Source: Octopus sinensis
Taxonomy: Eukaryota
Assembly (NCBI RefSeq): GCF_006345805.1
Contig: NW_021828878.1
Span: forward strand, 1-7,366
Length of the DNA stretch: 7,366 nt
Direction of reading: 5' to 3'
Shown here piece after piece: positions 6,709 to 7,366 of this stretch. The notes beneath the pieces are model-generated. The model searched no databases and was not told the origin of the DNA. It saw nothing but the letters and a program-made list of their open reading frames with translations. Position 1 is the stretch's first letter; every line of letters starts with the position of its first letter. Both the position numbers and the translations under genes were made by a program.

Positions 6709-7366
6709 AGCACCATCCATTCGTGTCCGTTGCCAGCCTCGCCTGGCCCCCATGCCGGTGGCACATAGCACCATCCGTTTGTGTCCGTTGCCAGCCTTGC
6801 CTGGCCCCCATGCCGGTGGCACATAGCACCATCCGTTTGTGTCCGTTGCCAGCCTTGCCTGGCCCCCATGCCGGTGGCACATAGCACCATCCGTTTGTGT
6901 CCGTTGCCAGCCTTGCCTGGCCCCCATGCCGGTGGCACATAGCACCATCCTTTCGTGGCCGTTGCCAGCCTCGCCTGGCCCCCATGCCGGTGGCACATAG
7001 CACCATCCGTTCGTGTCCGTTGCCAGCCTCGCCTGGCCCCCATGCCGGTGGCACATAGCACCATCCGTTCGTGGCCGTTGCCAGCCTTGCCTGGTCCCCG
7101 CGCCGGTGGCACATAAAAGCACCATCCGTTCGTGTCCGTTGCCAGCCTCGTCTGGCCCCCATGCCAGTGGCACATAGCACCATCTGTTCGTGGCCGTTGC
7201 CAGCCTCGCCTGGCCCCCGTGCTGGTGGAACGTAAAAGCACCATCCGTTCGTGGCCGTTGCCAGCCTTGCCTGGCCCCCATGCCGGTGGCACGTAAAAAG
7301 CATCATCCGTCCGTGGCCATTTGCCAGCTACGTCTGGCACCTGTTGCAGGTGGCACGTAAAAAGCA
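6709..7366 (+). repeat. GC-rich 58-bp tandem array (11 complete units, truncated by the window end)
   Basis: The unit is agcaccatccgttcgtgtccgttgccagcctcgcctggcccccatgccggtggcacat. Units start at 6709, 6767, 6825, 6883, 6941, 6999, 7057, 7118, 7176, 7237, 7299 and 7363, and there are no unique spacers. Confidence 0.97.

Noticed and set aside
6676-7340. Three ORFs of about 200 aa, and a CRISPR-like appearance of the array
   Set aside because: This is a pure tandem repeat with no unique spacers and no cas genes, in eukaryotic context. The 58-bp period cycles the same peptides through all frames.

Overview
AT-rich eukaryotic DNA dense in microsatellites, with no prokaryotic features. The SINE-like families resemble octopus repeats as I recall them, so the species assignment is an inference. 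The only convincing coding sequence is an 86-nt minus-strand internal exon (4747-4662, [28 protein letters not shown]) of a PPIP5K/VIP1 inositol-pyrophosphate kinase gene; the ORF track misses it, and the rest of the window is probably intronic. All long ORFs in the track are repeat artefacts. The flanks hold a 39-bp minisatellite with A/B alternation (about 345-835) and a 58-bp tandem array (6709-end). Other repeats are several SINEs and a probable non-autonomous Helitron. The most unusual feature is five long inverted repeats between 1708 and 5745. The one at 5493-5745 holds two head-to-head copies of a type I hammerhead ribozyme, each damaged differently at the same CpG, so their consensus is an intact core. 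The one at 5044-5361 holds a degenerate minimal hammerhead (GAAACCGGUC) of the Penelope-like type.
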